DNA of 50,156 nt, filler included, from Circinaria calcarea (lineage: Eukaryota): the NCBI GenBank assembly GCA_051942165.1. It is 2 parts of 2 records of this genome, joined end to end, with 100 filler letters (N's around TTAATTAATTAA, not from the genome) between each part and the next. Parts side by side here need not be neighbours in the genome. Positions count along the whole stretch, not along the records: positions 25,175 to 50,156 come from JAVECS010000099.1; 1 more part is not named here. The stretch is one strand, 5' to 3'. Below the pieces are notes generated by a model. That model saw only the letters and a list, made by a program, of their open reading frames with translations, searched no databases and had not been told where the DNA came from. Position numbers and translations under genes: made by a program. This document shows positions 33,929-46,614 of the stretch, in pieces (the first letter of the stretch is position 1; each line of letters starts with the position of its first letter).

Positions 33929-36497
33929 ATGGCTGCTGAGTTCATTGGATCCACCATCTTGGTAACCCTGTATTCACCTCCAGATGCTCAAGTTCAAGGC
34001 GTGGTAGCGGATATTGTTGGGCAGGATTTGACGCTGCAAAATGGCAAGGAATCTCACTTCTTCTCTTCTACTAGGAGGCTTATATGTTGAGTAGTCGTCT
34101 GGGTTGCCTCTGGTAGGAGTGGTCCGGATTTCACAATGAAAGGAGCCAATATAGTAGACCTCGAGATTCTACCCGAAACTATCCTCCCTGCAATTCCTTC
34201 GGTTCTCGAACGGCAGAGCCAACCATCAGTGGGCAAGGCTAAAGCCGGTTCAGCTATCCTCCGTGACATTGACCACATTGTCCAATCTCACCAGCCATTA
34301 GGACAGGACATTGCTGCTCGAAGTAGCAGCCCAATGGCTGCCGAGACCCTCACACAACCCTTCGTGGATCCGGCAATTATCAGTCTTCAAAGACCCCTCG
34401 CAAAAGACGACTATACGTACAGGGAACAGCTGCTGATGGCTGACAGCCCACTCGCACCGTCACCATTACCCGATGACGGGATAAGAGACAATCTCCTGCA
34501 TATTACACCAAAAGAATTGTTGAAGCCAGCCGTTCCTTTCACGACAAAGCCGAAACTTGCTGTGAATGGCGCCCCAGCAAGTGAAAACCGCGCTTCGTTA
34601 GCAACGGCGACCCTTTCCGAACCCTTTGATGTTCTGACATTGACGGCTACCACTGATGCCCTCAACGGGCGAGGGACCGCAGAACTTGGCGTATCCCAAG
34701 ATGGAAAGGGAAACATTCAACCGGTAAAGATATTGGCGCCACCGGCGGAAAACATGCCACGACAGAATAGGAAACATTTAAGGCGTCGTAGATCAAAAGG
34801 GAACCCAGCGAAAAATGGCCTATCGCCTTTAGGAGGTGAAGGCCCTTATCCCACAATGACTAGAACTCTTCAGAGACAGACGCTCGACCCGAAGAGCCAT
34901 CAACAACCATCCGCAGAAGAGACCGCGCGAGAGGTGGGAGGATCTTTGAAATATGGAAGTGGATCGGTCAGTGCTCAGGGGCAGGGTACTCCAAGGTTAG
35001 GGAAGCAGAGTCGTCGGGAACGCCTACGCGTTGGTGAAGCAACATATGGATGGGCTACTGAGGACGCTACTGACATTCAAGAGATGGGCGAGTTCGATTT
35101 CGAAGCTAATCTATCCAAATTCGACAAGAGGGGCGTCTTCAATCAATTCCGACATGATGACACCACAGCAGATGAAGCACGACTAGTTAGCCACAACAAG
35201 CTGCCACCCAAACCAGGTACCGCCGGAGGCAAGAATCTGCATTTCACAGAGAACGTACTTGATTCGCCAAAAGTCAACGGTCACGCTAAGTGGAATAGTG
35301 AAGCTGGAGAAAGTGAGGGCGACCTCAGTGATGAAGCTAAGGCAAGCGGCGGGAGGAGCGTAAGGAAGAGTAGTTCTCGTACCACTTTAAGGAAGCCACC
35401 ATCACGCAAGGGAAGTGCTGTGGTTGCCGGAGACAAGCTCAGGACGTCGACGACTTCGCTGAGCGTAATGCGGCACCCGTCGTTTGATCTAATCGGCAGC
35501 CCTAAGCCGAAACAAAACGTATCTACATCGCCCTACGCAGGATCCATAACGGCATCCAAGCCATCCTTGCGAATTCATCCTTCGAATAAACTATGTCCTT
35601 GCCTAAGCCCTTTGCAAATGCTGGAATTTGAGCAGTTTTCTATATCGGATCTAGGCACAACCGAAGAGATGATAACAGAGAATGCTGGTAGAGGTATTGC
35701 TGAAACTGCTGTTCGTTGTCTTCTTAGCCTAGATAAGGATCCTAAAGGTGAAAAAATTGGAAATCCACTTATCATCATCACCGCAGGGAACCATAAGAGC
35801 GGAGCCCGTGCAATTGCAGGTGCTCGCCACCTTCGGAATCATGGCTTCCGCGTCACTGCTTGCATCTTAGGTGGAGAGCATGAAGATGAACTGCTGGATA
35901 GTGTTCGACAACAAGCTTTCGCATACCGAAAATCAGGTGGTACATTGCTCACACCGGCCGCTCTGCTTGACGGATTGAAAGGTGTCCAGATATGTCCTCA
36001 TCTGCTTATCGATGCTTTACTGGGATATCATACCTGCTTTGAGGATTTGCGGCGAGATCAACAAGCCACTTACTTTGAGCTCGTGCTTTGGGTGGAAGGG
36101 AACGAAATTGAGGTCATGTCAATTGATGTTCCTTCTGGTCAGGATGCTTCGAATGGTAAGCACACTTTAATATTTAATTGTAGAGAACCGCGTGTGGATA
36201 AGGATTGACCTGTCCCTTGGATTATTATACTAATCTACCTATACAGGTGAACTTACCCTCGTCGACTCCAAACCGCTTGCCTTCTTCCCAAACGTCATCC
36301 TCTCCCTCGGCGCCCCCAAACCATGGCTTCTGACAATGATGGCGAAATCGTCCCCAAATACCAAAATCCACCTCTTCCTAGCTGATATCGGCATCAGTAA
36401 CATAGCGTGGAAACGCATGAGGAAACGGAGGAGTAGAGGGGTAGATTTTGCAGGGGAATGGGTGGTCAGGCTGAGATATCAAGGAGGTGTCGAGTGA
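33929..36497 (+). CDS. EDC3: Enhancer of mRNA decapping Edc3 (LSm + FDF + YjeF_N); first intron GC-AG 34044-34094
   Basis: LSm-like N-terminus MAAEFIGSTILVTL, GWATEDATDIQEMGEFDFEANLSKFDK (FDF), and YjeF_N motifs ENAGRGIA / AGNHKSGARAIAGARHL / SIDVPSG. The last exon ends ...RLRYQGGVE*. Confidence 0.92.
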
Positions 36498-38699
36498 ATC
36501 ATGCTTGACGGCCCTGGGCCATATGTTTACACGTCGTTCTATTAGCATTCTTCTTGCCTGCATAAACAATTCATTATTCGCAGTTTTGATAAGGGCGGGG
36601 ATGCTTAGCCAATAGCATGGAAGCTTGTCGCAAACCGTACCCGCTTTTTACGCTTGCTCATATCTAGTTGTACGAGATGCCCACTTTTGACGACTTGCTC
36701 TCATTTGAGCTCCACGCACTGCAACCGAGTGGGAATATAAGCAGTCCAGTCTTATTTCTATCATCTTCCTAAGCTTTGATTGCTATTCTCACCTTTCCAT
36801 CAGTTTTCCGCTTTGACAAATCTAGCCTCCATCCTCATCAGGCACGCAGGCAATCCCCATTTCACAATATTGCTGCCATGTCATGGGATCGAGAGTCTAG
36901 CTTCCGGCTTGCTGCCATGAGGTTACCAATATCTTGAAATGGTGATGTCGGCCAGGGGGGAGGGATGGTAGGTCCCGAAACTTGTATGGAGAATTCCATC
37001 GGTACACAAGGAAAAGCTATCCCTAAAGGTGTTGCTCAAGCAGCATGAACCGTGTGTTGCTTGGATACAAGGTTGAGATTGGTCAAGCCAGGCTGGCACG
37101 GACCAGGAGCTGGGGTGGCACAGTTCATGCTGCTTGAGCTACACCTTAAGGGATAAGAATAAGGACTACCTTTGGACAGGACCATCCGTAGACCACCGAT
37201 CCTTGCTATATGACGATAAACAGTCCAAAAACATTCCAACGCTCACCTCTATTTTCCTAACTGAGAAATCTGCGCTAGGGAGTTGGTTCCTCGCCAGGTA
37301 TTTTTATTTTGTTCATTCTAATCCTAAACCTCACACTCTATATAATTCTCTTCGCCCCTAAAGTGTTCATCTTGGTTTCTTTGCACAGCTGGCCCTACCT
37401 CTTGGGGCAGTAGGGGTAGTTTTTAACGTATCGAGGGAAAAGCACCTATAGCATCCTATACGCAATTTTAGATATGGGTTTGTAACGGCTTGCTTATAAC
37501 ACCGAAGAGGTTCCGGTGTACAATTGGTATCGGTGCGTGGAAATGAGTATGTCGTGTTTTGGGGGGATGCCGGGTGGTATGAATCGGAAATTTTAGGATA
37601 GCGGAATAAGACTGAGTGGGGAAAGTAGGATAAGAGTCCGAGGCGGTGTATAACTAGGTACGGATTGGGATATAGGTTAGGGTATGGTTAGAGCATAGTC
37701 TCAAGGGAGCTATTGGGACTAGCAGTGATTGGCGACAATCTTAAATCTCGTCGGTACTCTCGACAGTATATATTAGACCTTGCAGGTGGTCCCAAGAAAA
37801 CCATGACCGGTTATTCTCCAACCCACTCCTCTAACATCATCTTCCATGTTGGAGTCCAATCCAAGACAACTATCCCTTTGAGATAACAAAGTGTCCGTCC
37901 GCAATGCAAGAAGGCCCCGCGGCCCCTATTTCAAGATTGCTATCGTCGCAGCCCTGACACGAATCGTGTTTCTAATGAGCTATAGAATGTCAAAATTCGA
38001 CACTAGCGACCCCTATTAAGCAAGGATACCATGTTTTATACTATAATTTGTATGGTGGCTGGTACGCCTCGTATATAGAACCTAACTACTTCTATAGTTA
38101 CAAAATCAGACCTTTTGACATGGAAGACATCTGTGATGTGGGCTGTTTGGGGGCGACCTTTGATCAAACCTCCTCGAAAGCCCAACGGGGCAAAGCACAG
38201 GAGTAACACCGAAGAAGCAGCTCTTCCATTTAGCGCTGGATAAGAAATCCGCCAGTAACTATCTTTCTCCTATGTCAGTGCCTCCCTGACGTGGAATCTG
38301 CGGCGCACAGCGGTGAAAGGTGAAAGCTACAAAGAGGAGGTGGGTAGGAGGTGGCAAGCACCGCGACATGAACAGGGGAAGAAGTCTCACGTCTTACAAC
38401 TATGTAGAATTAGGCGATGTCAAGCAACAGTCCCAGAAGAGGGCTGAGCACAATGTAGAGAGACTTTCACATGTAGAATTGGAACTGATACTAGTAATGC
38501 ATAGATTGCCAGCATAGCAGATTCTATAAATAATTATCGTGAACTCGTGACTTCAGTAATCATTCGGAGAGTTATAGTCCAACCTTAAAATGCCCTAGCC
38601 TCGAAACTGTACCATACCAAAGGTTGAAAAAGACGGCTTCACATAAGAACATGACTGAAAGGAAGAAATGGCCAGAGCATTCCACTTCTAGAATCTCAT

Positions 38700-39470
38700 T
38701 TACCATTTGCCACCCCAGCTACTCCCGCCACCACCGTGCTGGCTGCTATGATGGCTCCCACTGGAATGACTACCTTTTTTGTGATCCTTGAACTTATCAC
38801 CCAGAACGTTCCCGGCGATGGCACCTCCGATAGCGCCTAAAAACCCATGACCAGCTTTATGGCCGAGGAAGTAACCAGTCGTACCTCCGAGTAAAGCTGT
38901 CCCTAAGCCACGCTCGCCTTCCGGGGCATTTGGGTCGAAGGGTGCGTTGGGATCATGAGGGGCGTTTGGGTTCTGATAGCCGGCTTGCTGCTGATGGGGA
39001 TTGTTGGGGTCATGAGGGGGGTATTGCTGCTGTTGACCGTACGGTCCTTGCTGTGGATATTGGCTGTTGGCGTCTCCATAGCCTCGAGTGTCTTGACCGG
39101 GTGTGCCACCGCCACTACGTAGCCATGTCAGTCTAGCACGGAGAGTACGGATCGAAGGGAAACCATACTAATATCCTGGATGTCCTTGGGGATTGCTAGC
39201 ATCGTAAGCCCCGTACTGGCCGCCTTGCTGTCCGTGTTGAAACCCGCCTTCTTGGGGCGGCCCATAGCTGTTCACATGCTGTGGGGGTCCATAGCCAGAA
39301 GGTGCGTCACCATATTGAGGTTGCTGTGGTGGGTAGCCCTGCTGTTGGCCGTAGTTCTGGTCGTGTTGGGGATAGCCCTGAGATTGATCGTAGCTGCCTG
39401 GAGGCGGGTACCCTTGGCCGGGAGTGGGAGAAGAATAGTTGGGAGGGTATTGGTTGTATGGGTCGGACAT
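38700..39470 (-). CDS. Gln/Pro/Tyr/Gly-rich protein with a C-terminal glycine-zipper motif, one intron
   Basis: MSDPYNQYPPNY...GHPGY spliced to ...EGERGLGTALLGGTTGYFLGHKAGHGFLGAIGGAIAGNVLGDKFK...WGGGKW*. Confidence 0.8.
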
Positions 39471-40758
39471 GATGCTAAATGACTGCAGGAATAAGGAGCG
39501 GATGATTCCGGAGGTGCGTATAGGATGATGCTGGGTGATGAGGGTGAGAGAGGGAGACGGATGGAGTTGAGCTTATGTAGACCCCGCCATCGACGAAATC
39601 AGCCCTACGCTGAGGACGACACTGCGGCGGAGTACTCGGTAAGGCCGGAAGAGGTTAGCCCGTCGCGGCGCAGCGGGTCACTTCAGCTCCCGTTGTGCAT
39701 TTGATTTGCCATGGCGACACTGCCTCGTGTATCTTACTGTATTTCTCATTCACTTCCTAAGGCTCTCCCATCTACCGTTCCCTCTGCTTAGAGGAAGCTA
39801 TATTTGGGACATTAGATGGGTACTTTGTTAGCGAGGCGCTATTATGTTCTTGGAAGAAAGTATGGCTGAGCTGGCAGCGAAGTCCCTAACGACGGTAATC
39901 TTCCATTGGCAGGATGCTCCTTACCTTGGGAGCCTATATCATTCAGGAACCCCGATCAAACAGAGTCGGCCTTGGATAGGGCATAAAGGGGATGCTGTCG
40001 CCAGCGAGACTTTCATCCACTGCTATGTTCTGTAGGCGCCTTGGTCGAAAATAAACTTAGGCGAGGATTTGTTTGGAGGGAAAGGGATGGCTGCGTTTCA
40101 GCTTTGGGTCTCAAACCACGACATACTCAACTTGAGGCCATTGCGATGCTTCCTGATACAAACAACGGGCAATCCCAGCATCGCTGGTGCTGGGCGCGTA
40201 CATGGTCTCTTGGTCCTTTTACTCCTGCCGCCAGACGGCGGTGATGAACACACGGTCAGGTAGCTTGCGGTTTCCTTTTGTGTCCCAAGTGATGCCTCCT
40301 TGACGGATCTTCACTCTTCATATTGATTCTTATACCCAAAAGGCAGCCTGCCGACTCTTTCTTCTCTCTCACCATCGTTGATGAGGTGGCTCTGCTTAAT
40401 CCGAAACTGGGAATAGCTAAATACCCTCTTAATAGTCAATTTCATGTACCATCCTCGGCTGTCAATTCCTTTCTACCTGAGGCCGCATTCAAAGCATTGT
40501 CGATACAAGTTTGGTGTCATAAAGTCATATCCAGTATACAGGCTTCATTCACAAACATCCACATTCACAGTGGCGTTGTCTTCCCCCAGATTTCTCCCGC
40601 CAAAGCCCCGAGACTTCCCGTTCCATCATACCGTCTTGGGCAGCAACACTATCTTATACTACAGCACCGTCGTTTTTCCCAGACGAATCACCATTTCTTG
40701 CATCCGTTCTTAAAGGATACCTTTGCTCCACCATCGTCGCCTCGTCAGTTATTAGGAC

Positions 40759-41754
40759 ATGCGCGCAACTCCCAAGGGCCGCCTTCTCTTGTTCGGCGCT
40801 CCGCTTACTTTGGTCCTATCGACTCCTGTCGAAGCCATCACGTTATCGCAATTCCAACACATAGATGGCTTCTCCGCCCCCTGCACGGCTGCCTACAATA
40901 CTCTAGTTACCGGCTGTACTTCTTCTGATTTCATTTCTACTGGACCGTGCTCATCGACATGCATCAGCGCCCTCATGAATCTGCAAGATAAGATTATATC
41001 CGCTTGCGCCCACACCGCGGTGGATTCTGCAACGCTTATAGGACATTTTCTTACGGCAACTGGCGTGGCTGCCTTATGTCCAAATGAAGCTGGTTCCTCT
41101 GCTGTCCCAACTCTTGAAGTGGGTTCGAGCGGAGGACATGCTATTAAGACGGTATCCTCCACTTCAAAAGTCCCTGTGCCCACCAAATCGACAACGTACG
41201 TTTTGATCACGAGCACTCCTGCCGGATCTACGTCGTTGGCAACCTCATCGAAGTCTCACCCTTTATCTGCAGGCGCTCCTATGAATCTGACCACGATAAT
41301 ACACTCGTCTGCCCTAGCCTCATCAACCTCATCGGCTTCGACGGCTGCTGTGAATCCCCTACAAACGACCGGTTCTAGCGTCACTACAACCCCTCGCATT
41401 AGGTCAAGTGTCAGCTCGACCGTTTCAACTTCCGCTTTAACATTAAAATCCTCATCCTCCACTTCGGAAGCTTCGCCTAACCCGTCGACAAGCCGAGAAC
41501 CGTCTTTGGCTGCCCCGAGTACTAGCTCAATCACAGTCGAGCCTTCTTTTATCAAGACGGCAGTCAACGGCGGTAGCGCAACCGTGCTCACTAGCAAAGC
41601 AGAACAGTCGGCAAGCAATAATCCGGATGCGTTCGGGGGCGGTGGGAGTCCTTTCGAGATCAGCTCATGCACGAAAAACAGGGTGGATATATGGACAATA
41701 TTGAGCGGCCTCTCTGCTGTGATTGTGCTTTGGTTTGAGCTTGCAGGGTTATAA
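40759..41754 (+). CDS. Predicted secreted, probably GPI-anchored Ser/Thr-rich cell-surface protein with a Cys-rich N-terminal domain
   Basis: Signal peptide ending VEA, six-Cys domain, long S/T-rich stalk, GGGSPF motif and hydrophobic C-terminus. Confidence 0.8.
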   Translation: MRATPKGRLLLFGAPLTLVLSTPVEAITLSQFQHIDGFSAPCTAAYNTLVTGCTSSDFISTGPCSSTCISALMNLQDKIISACAHTAVDSATLIGHFLTATGVAALCPNEAGSSAVPTLEVGSSGGHAIKTVSSTSKVPVPTKSTTYVLITSTPAGSTSLATSSKSHPLSAGAPMNLTTIIHSSALASSTSSASTAAVNPLQTTGSSVTTTPRIRSSVSSTVSTSALTLKSSSSTSEASPNPSTSREPSLAAPSTSSITVEPSFIKTAVNGGSATVLTSKAEQSASNNPDAFGGGGSPFEISSCTKNRVDIWTILSGLSAVIVLWFELAGL

Positions 41755-42050
41755 TTGGGCAATTTTTTGGAAGACGAGCCTCTCCTCCCGAGGTAGATTC
41801 CTGATACACGATGATGATACCATTTTGCAGCGTGGCGTTATGGGTCAGGCATCCCAGATCGGACATTGAGCAGAGTCGAGTCATCTGTCAGGCATTTTCA
41901 CCTTGTATTCATCAGTCTGACTCTATCTCTGGGCACCCAAGGAGGCCGGAATGTACATAGGTCTCCATCGATTACTGCGAATAATCACCTTTTGACCATC
42001 ATCCATTTACGCCAGCAACGGCCTCTGTCTCGCCAAAGTGCCCTCCTCTC

Positions 42051-42485
42051 ATGATGGATCCTTCAACCATCCTCGCCCTCGTCAAAATGGCATATGCCTG
42101 CGCCTACCGGCACGCCAGGAAGTCAGGTTACGACATGCCAATTGCCCTCACAATGGCCCTTGTAGCGACATTCGTGACGTCCTGGGTCATGACCATGGTG
42201 TTTGGCTGCCTGCTCTTCGTCTCTAAGGCTGGTCTGCTGGGCATCTTGGCCTACTGGATCCTCCAGTGGTGGGAAGGTCGTCTCCAAAACCAGACTCTAG
42301 ATCCCTTACTAGAGAACATCGAAGGGAGACGGGCGTCCTTGGCAGAATGGGCGCACGGTCTCGAATTGGCACCCCAGGCACCGGCATTCGAGCAACAAAC
42401 CAATGCAGCGTCTACCACGGACGGTGAAGCCGACGTCGCTACGTCCAGGCTGGAGGAGGAGATGGTGAAGCCAATCCAAGCTTAA
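42051..42485 (+). CDS. Small hypothetical membrane protein (144 aa)
   Basis: ATG-initiated ORF with two hydrophobic segments and coding-like codon usage; no family recognised. Confidence 0.5.
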   Translation: MMDPSTILALVKMAYACAYRHARKSGYDMPIALTMALVATFVTSWVMTMVFGCLLFVSKAGLLGILAYWILQWWEGRLQNQTLDPLLENIEGRRASLAEWAHGLELAPQAPAFEQQTNAASTTDGEADVATSRLEEEMVKPIQA

Positions 42486-43490
42486 GATTTGGGTAGGATT
42501 CGATGAGATTGATTTGACAGATCGGAGGACTTTTTGGTGGGGACTTGATTTGGATTTGTACAGAGGCAGGCCTGCCGACTCGAATACAACGTGCCTGCAA
42601 CCAATCGGATTGGGGGAGATTGTGGCGTCTGTTGGAAATCCTTATCGGAGAGTATCAATAGGCGGACGGGAAGGCAATACCTATATCTCTGCACATGCAT
42701 CTTTTGACGATATAGCGCTCAGGTGCAACTGTAGTCATAGGGTCGCAACGGCAGCATCATCATCTGTTGAAGCATTTTCTTGAAGTATCGTCCACGTCCG
42801 CATCTGCCCGAGGCCCGCGTGAAACTCGTAGCGAATCACAAGTCGGATCCGGAGTAGCGCAGGGGAAAGAAAATGATGGTCCCGCTTGCTCATGCATCCA
42901 AAAGCACGTGTTCCCCGATGCGGCTTAGAGGCGCCCAGATGCAACGACAACTCTCGCTGCCCGCCTAACATCCCCAGGCCCTCAAAGACGCCCAAACAGA
43001 ACCGCAACGAGAGACCAACCTGGGAGGAGCCCTCGGTGAGCAAGTTGGAAGCAAACCGACAGCAGCATCGTTTTTCAGTATCCCTACCACCATATCCTGC
43101 TCTTCCCTTTCGGCTCCTGGACCGTTGTTGGCGCACAATAGAATCGCCATACCCTATCGTCATCCGCACCGCTCCAGCTTCACGAAAGCAGCACAATAAC
43201 GACCGGAACCCTCCATTCACAAGACGCTCCACGGCATAATCGACCATTACTCCATTGCATTCCGTGTACAATAGATATCGAATACCTTGCACGACTTCTT
43301 AGACTTGGCACACCACAGCACGGCCTAATAAGCATCACTCCCGACTCTGCTTTCGCTCTCGCTTCAACTTTATCTTTCAATTATCAACTGTTCGAGTTTG
43401 AAAGCTCCCCTATTTCGGGGCGCTGAAGCGTCCTTGAATCACGCTCCATCGAGGAATTGGATTCTTGCTATGTGGGAATAAGCCGGCACA

Positions 43491-45196
43491 ATGGCCTTTC
43501 CTCCTGCCTACCATGCAGACTCCGACGCCGACGACGAGTACGAACGAAGTGTCATGACCTCTCCGATCCTTCACACCGATGATGATACATCCCCAACCGA
43601 TTCCGACCCTCCTTCAACCCAGCACACCCCGACCACTTTCGGACATCCAGACCTGGACCGAATGTCGCCTCGGACCGTCGTCACGGAGTGGACGGCCGAC
43701 GAGTGTGCGGATTATATTACAAGCTTGGGATTGGCACAGTATTGCGACAAGTTCTTGGGTATGTTGAATCGAGCACTGGTACGACTGAGAGCTATGAGGG
43801 CGCCTATGCTAACAGCTCGGTGCACAGAGAACGAGATTGTGGGCGAGGCTTTGATAGCACTCAAGCATGACGAATTGAAAGAAATGGGCATCATCAGCGT
43901 CGGCCATCGCCTTACCATCCTGAAGGGTATCTACGACGTGAAGATCAAGCAGGATATACCGATTGAATCGGATCATTACATACCTCTGTGTATGGATATT
44001 GAACACAACCCTAATTTGGCTTGGCTAATCTGGCAATAGCTGCCGACGCAAGCATGCATGACAAGACTGCGACGCAGGAGGACATTTCTCGGATTATTCA
44101 TTCGATCAAATTACGAGACGAGCGAATCCTACAGGCCGAGACAGAACTTCGGAAGATGACTGAAGAATACCGGAAGCTTCGAGCAGAACTTCTCCCGGTA
44201 TTTCGGATGGCCAAAGACCGATCACAGCCGTTGCCATACCAACCCTCCGCCGGCAGCCCCGATTTTCCTAGCCACGACGGCATGAGCTCCCCCGTCACTT
44301 TGCAACCTCCACCCGAAAAGACCAGCATGTTGGGACGTAAGCTGTCTAAAAAAGGCTTGTGGCTAAATTCTACCCCGAAAAATAATTCTCCTACACATAT
44401 CCCGCAGTCGATTCCCGAAGGGAAATCAGTTTCCGATAGCTCTAACCTAGACCCCTCTGCCGCAGCCGTGGCAGCATCGTCGCATCTGACAGCCTCCATC
44501 AACGGTGGCTCCCAACCTTCGAATTCTCCAAACCAGATGAGCATCCCCTCTCCGACATCTCCAAATACCTACCACAATCAACCGACAATTGCTTCTCGTG
44601 GCTTCTCAAGAGATGGGAGCACACCCAGCACGGGCCGGACTCAGCATTCTTATGGGGAAGAACTACCACACACAGCCTACAGCTCGAATACGTCGTACAG
44701 TTCAAATGCCTCCACGTTAACTGATGCACGAGGCTTTGATCGTAGTGGTCCCACACCTACACCCGGTCGAGCACGTGGACACTCCTCACGAGACCAGGAC
44801 GAACCCCCTGCATCTGGTGGCCGGGAAGCACCGAGTGTTGAAATTTTCAAATCGTTCCGGGTCAGCATGGAAGATCCATGCTACAAGGTCCTTCCGGCAG
44901 CGTTAAAGAAGTACAGCATCAACGCCGACTGGCGCCAGTACGCCTTGTACATTGTGTTTGGAGATCAAGAGCGGTGTTTGGGTTTGGAGGAAAAGCCTTT
45001 GGAACTCTTCAAGCAGCTGGACAAAGAAGGCCGTAAACCGATGTTCATGTTACGACGACATGCCGCACCGATGGAAGGACACTCGGGACCGAGCGGTCTG
45101 GGAGGGATGGGGAGCGCGGGATTCGATTCTTCGAGCGGATTAGGGAGCTTGAGGGGTCATCAAAGCTCCATACAATTACCCGGGGGTGTAATATGA
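43491..45196 (+). CDS. STE50: Ste50 MAPK adaptor (SAM + Ras-association domain), two introns
   Basis: SAM domain EWTADECADYITSLGL...ENEIVGEALIAL...SVGHRLTILK, a coiled coil, RA domain EIFKSFRVSMEDPCYKVLPAALKKY...KPMFMLR and C-terminal LPGGVI. Confidence 0.93.
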
Positions 45197-46614
45197 GATT
45201 TGGATACCGACTATGAAGTGGATTAGTGTTTGGCTGATGAATTGTTGGATGTTCTTTTCTGGGGCATATTCTGGATTATTCTTCTGGGTAAAAATGGGAT
45301 CTGGCATGTGTAATTGGCTAGATTCGCCGTTGAGATTGACGGCAAACTATCTACTTGGGGTTCGGATGTTGAAGTCTGGACTCTTATGAAAGGAGAATCA
45401 CATTTGTTGAAGTCGGGATGTTCCCAACTTCCATCTGGGCCTGTGATTCATCAGTCACCCTGGCTCACGGGCTAACCCCACTCTCTCGCTGCCTTGAGAC
45501 CATCACGATTCTCCCTCCCCGACAACGCTGCCGTTTCCTGAAATATGGGTTCCCAGCTGATATGCTGGCGCTGTGATATTTTCCCCTTTCAGCTATCCCT
45601 TACCATCTTCTCATGTACCTGATGACATAGACTAGATCACAAAGGCCTCATCTCATATCTTGCATCTTGCTTGCCGCGAAAGTTGTACTCGATGACATTT
45701 AGTAGAATCCAGTTCTCGAAAAGGGAACGCCGTTGGATCTGAATGGAATGCCTTGCAAGACGGTTCAAAGAGGGGATCAAACGGCTTGACGAGCAATTGG
45801 AACGTCAGGAGTATAGATACAATAGCCAGCAACCTAACCAGGCCAGCACCTTGATGCCGGGTTCCAATCTTGTCAGCATTTTACACTCGGTAAAGGGGCT
45901 AAGAAACAGCAGTGGGGCCCCAAGGCATGCAGCCCTCTGTCCAAAGTCTGCGGACTGGGGAAATATATACTTTTGAATTTGTCGGTGGCAGAGTGAATGG
46001 CAGGGGCCGCTGGGAGACAGATGCTTTGCGAAGGACTCCACCCGGGAGAAAGTGTATCAAGTGAAAGAAAAAGCTGAAGGTTTACATGTCAGTTTTACAC
46101 TCCTGAAGCAGGAGGAGAAGAGAAGGAAGAGCAAGAGGGGAAATAGAATTAGTAGAGCAAGTATCAACAAGGAAGAAATAGTTGTGTACAAGCCGCTGAC
46201 GATGAGGAAGCATACTAGGCAGGTAGAAAGAGAAGGGAGTAGCATATCACCCTAACGACACTGAAAAAGAGAAACAACCATCCATAGGAGCAGATATACT
46301 AGTTGAACCTAGCATATTCATAGCTTGTATTATAAAGCCAGCTGCTTCCTGTTTCTTTGTTATAGTTAACTGCGGGCTAACTCGCGCTGATATGAATTAA
46401 TAATACTTAATGCATTTTTCTATAAGAAGTAATCTTCTGACGTGAGTTTCCGCCTTCGATCGCTGACTACTTCGGCCAATAAACTAAAAGCGCCTCGGTT
46501 AATTAGATTTAAGCATCCCAGTGGACAGTTGGCCGCCCTACAGGGATTTCTACACTGGACTTCGGCCCAACTTGGATTTCTATCTGAAATTAATCCAACT
46601 TACGATCGCCCATT

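Noticed and set aside
36498..38699. Genes in the Edc3 to glycine-zipper interval
   Set aside because: Only short ORFs with no recognisable motifs or consistent splice pattern. Part of it may be decayed sequence, but I cannot support a call.
40893..41762. Antisense ORFs over the GPI-anchored protein, and similar shadow ORFs over Pub1, Pif1, Ste50 and the cyclophilin
   Set aside because: Shadow frames of genuine genes on the opposite strand.
42735..43380. ORFs of 117-185 aa upstream of STE50
   Set aside because: Overlapping frames on both strands with no motifs; best explained as the STE50 promoter and 5' UTR.
45743..46255. Small ORFs between STE50 and the cyclophilin gene
   Set aside because: Shorter than 80 aa, partly purine-rich low complexity, and no recognisable family.
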